NCBI RefSeq assembly: GCF_004010195.1
Contig: NC_057757.1
Coordinates: 8,143,051-8,207,050, forward strand
DNA length: 64,000 nt
Source: Chiloscyllium plagiosum
Lineage: Eukaryota
Reading direction: 5' to 3'
Below the pieces are notes generated by a model. It was not told the origin of the DNA. It made no database searches and was given only the letters and a program-made list of their open reading frames with translations. Made by a program: the position numbers and the translations under genes. Below, one piece after another: positions 63,153 through 64,000 of this stretch (within the stretch, counting starts at the first letter, position 1; each line of letters begins with the position of its first letter).

Positions 63153-64000
63153 TTAATTTGCTGGCGATTACAATCCTTGCCTGGGGAAAGTGTGGTGTTT
63201 CGTCTTGCACGACTCGCTACCTGGTGGTTATGGCAGCTGCTGATCTAATGGTTATTATCACTGAGATTATACTGTGGAGATTTCCCTTGTATTATTACAG
63301 GTGGTCTTTCTTGGATATCACTCCTGTGTGCAGTGTTATTGGGGTCCTGTTACGTACTGCCATAGATTGCTCTGTCTGGTTCACCGTCACTTTTTCCTTT
63401 GACCGACTTGTGACCATTTGTTGTCAGAAGTTGAGAATAAAATATTGTACTGAGAAAACTGCGTCTGTGGTTCTGGCAACAACCTGCACGCTGTTCTGGC
63501 TGAAAAACATCCCCTTCTATTTTTCAAATGAACCTCTGAGGATAATCAAAAATGTGCCATATGACTGTATTACAAAATCAAGCTACTTTACTGAGACTTG
63601 GTGGGTGGTATTAGATTGGCTTGATACAGTTTTGACCCCTTTACTGCCATTCGCTTTAATTCTGTTTATCAATGCTATGACAGTCAGACACATTTTAGTG
63701 ACCAGTCGAGTCCGGAAGAGGCTGAAAGGTGAGAGCAAAGGAGAGAAGCATAGAGACCCAGAGATGGAGAGCAGAAGGAAGTCTGTGATTTTGCTCTTCA
63801 CCATCTCTGGGAGCCTCATCCTCCTGTGGTTAATCATTGTTGTAGATTTCTTATATTATGCCATTCAAGGAATCAATCCTGACGATTACTCACCTTTTCT
63901 ATATCACTTCAGTGCGGTTGGTTTCATGCTGCAGAACCTAAGCTGTTGCACAAACACATTTATTTATGCAGCAACATTGCCCCGGTTCAGAGCGAAGATC
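63153..64000 (+). CDS. GPR139-like: GPR139-like receptor E, coding exon 2, 3'-partial (runs off the window)
   Basis: Acceptor tgtctcccacag|TT AAT; manual translation is open: VNLLAITILAWGKCGVSSCTTRYLVVMAAADLMV...TPVCSV...FSFDRLVTICCQKLR...DPEMESRRKS...MLQNLSCCTNTFIYAATLPRFRAKI. Confidence 0.93.

Noticed and set aside
63583..63837. Minus-strand 84-aa ORF
   Set aside because: Antisense shadow of receptor E exon 2.

Overview
Eukaryotic, repeat-rich scaffold window with seven N-gaps (729-1228, 23802-23948, 25851-26350, 28538-28606, 33790-34140, 45096-45113, 52283-53038). The repeat content (CR1/HER1-type LINEs, V-SINE/HE1-type SINEs, Penelope-like elements) suggests a cartilaginous fish (shark); this is inferred, not confirmed. 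The host-gene content is a cluster of two-exon, class A, GPR139/GPR142-like receptors. A (438-728, -) is a C-terminal fragment cut by a gap. B (26607-28384, +) is complete at 329 aa. C (37041-39346, -) is 309 aa, has lost the TM3 cysteine and has an early stop. D is an orphan duplicate promoter plus exon 1 (44772-44838, -). E (61525->64000, +) is open to the window end and absent from the ORF track. A promoter-only relic lies at about 14010-14571. The cluster was built by nested direct and inverted segmental duplications. It also carries two 40-bp minisatellite arrays upstream of receptor promoters, an inverted repeat holding a pair of CTCF-like motifs between divergently oriented genes, many Penelope-derived minimal hammerhead-ribozyme motifs, and two decayed class I-type ERVs. 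Repeat boundaries are approximate, and all identities were judged by eye.
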